DNA of 64,000 nucleotides, from assembly GCF_006345805.1 (NCBI RefSeq), contig NC_043011.1, forward strand, positions 42,544,464 through 42,608,463, written 5' to 3'. The notes beneath the pieces are model-generated. The model was not told where the DNA came from. It ran no database searches and saw only the letters and a list, made by a program, of their open reading frames with translations. Shown one piece after another: positions 63,144 to 64,000 of this stretch. Numbering within the stretch: position 1 is the stretch's first letter; each line of letters begins with the position of its first letter. A program made the translations under genes and the position numbers. Source of the stretch: Octopus sinensis (taxonomy: Eukaryota).

Positions 63144-64000
63144 GTAATAATAATAATTTAAATAATAATAATGAGAATAATAATTTAAATGATGATGATG
63201 ATTATAAAGTATAATAAAAATTGATGAAATAGGAAAAACACATTTATAAATAACCGATGAATTAACTCACATTTGCCAAGACGAACAGACATTGTTCTTG
63301 TCACAATTGGAAAAGCACTTTGTTGTAATGTGAATCTTTTATTACTTTGCCACAAAGTCTTTCTCTTTCGTATTTTAAAAGAAACTAATGATAAGAAGCA
63401 GCAAGGTGATTTAATTTTTTTCTTCTTTTTTTGGGGGGGATTGTATTGTATTGTATCGTATTGTTTTGTATTCTATTAAATGTAATATCAAAAAGATGAA
63501 GGAGAGAAGGCAAAAAAAACCAAAAAAAAAACCTAAAAAATTACAAGAAAAAAAATTTCTGTAAATAAGATAGCAAATATTTCTGCCATAAATTGCAAAT
63601 TTGTCTTTAGGCAAAAAAGCTGAAGGTCCATTAGACTTGGTTGAATGACTTGTGAATGGCTTAAAACATGGGTTTCAAGCTTATGTAATCTAGTTTCAGT
63701 TAAGTAGCGCTGATATTTTCATAAGTTGTGGTGGTATTAAAGTTGATGTCTCAAAGATGTTTTCTGATCATCTTCTAGAACTCAATATTTGCTTCAGAGA
63801 TTTTAGATTGAAATCTTAAAATAATTTCACTGGCAAAATATGGTTTTATTTTACTTTTTTTTTTTTTTATATATTTAATTCATAGAGTAATAATTCTTCA
63901 GGTTTGAGCAGTTGTGTTTTTGTTTTCCTTTTATAACATTCATGGTAATTATGCATGTGTATACATGCATACACGTGTCTTTATATTTAAAAAAAAACAC

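Noticed and set aside
53662-64000. Search for SPC25 exon 5 (KLQFIF-like RWD strand)
   Set aside because: Acceptors checked near 54191, 59700, 63610, 63778 and 63901 give early stops or no similarity in phase 1. The exon is probably beyond the window.

Overview
AT-rich eukaryotic DNA. The repeat families, (TA)n/(GATA)n load and intron sizes point to a coleoid cephalopod, probably Octopus (inference). The six-frame ORF track misses the one host gene, which I assembled by hand from splice signals. It is a + strand SPC25 (Ndc80 kinetochore complex) with four phase-compatible coding exons: 7888-7904, 14483-14637, 49827-50039 and 53557-53661. Introns are 6.6 kb, 35.2 kb, 3.5 kb and more than 10 kb. 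The exons for the C-terminal RWD domain were not found and probably lie beyond the window. A CCAAT-box promoter with a CDE/CHR-like motif lies upstream. The introns are filled with nested mobile DNA: a frameshifted Helitron RepHel, mariner, piggyBac and hAT relics, a Gypsy gag/LTR relic, a Penelope-like element (RT plus GIY-YIG), a CR1 LINE, three RTE lineages (one BovB-like) and several tRNA-SINE families. The most interesting leads are a minimal hammerhead-ribozyme-like motif, inverted RTE pairs that could form dsRNA around SPC25 exons, in-frame tandem donors in exon 2 and a possible divergent gene upstream. There is no CRISPR array, rRNA, genuine tRNA gene or prokaryotic system. Many repeat boundaries are approximate because they were read by eye.
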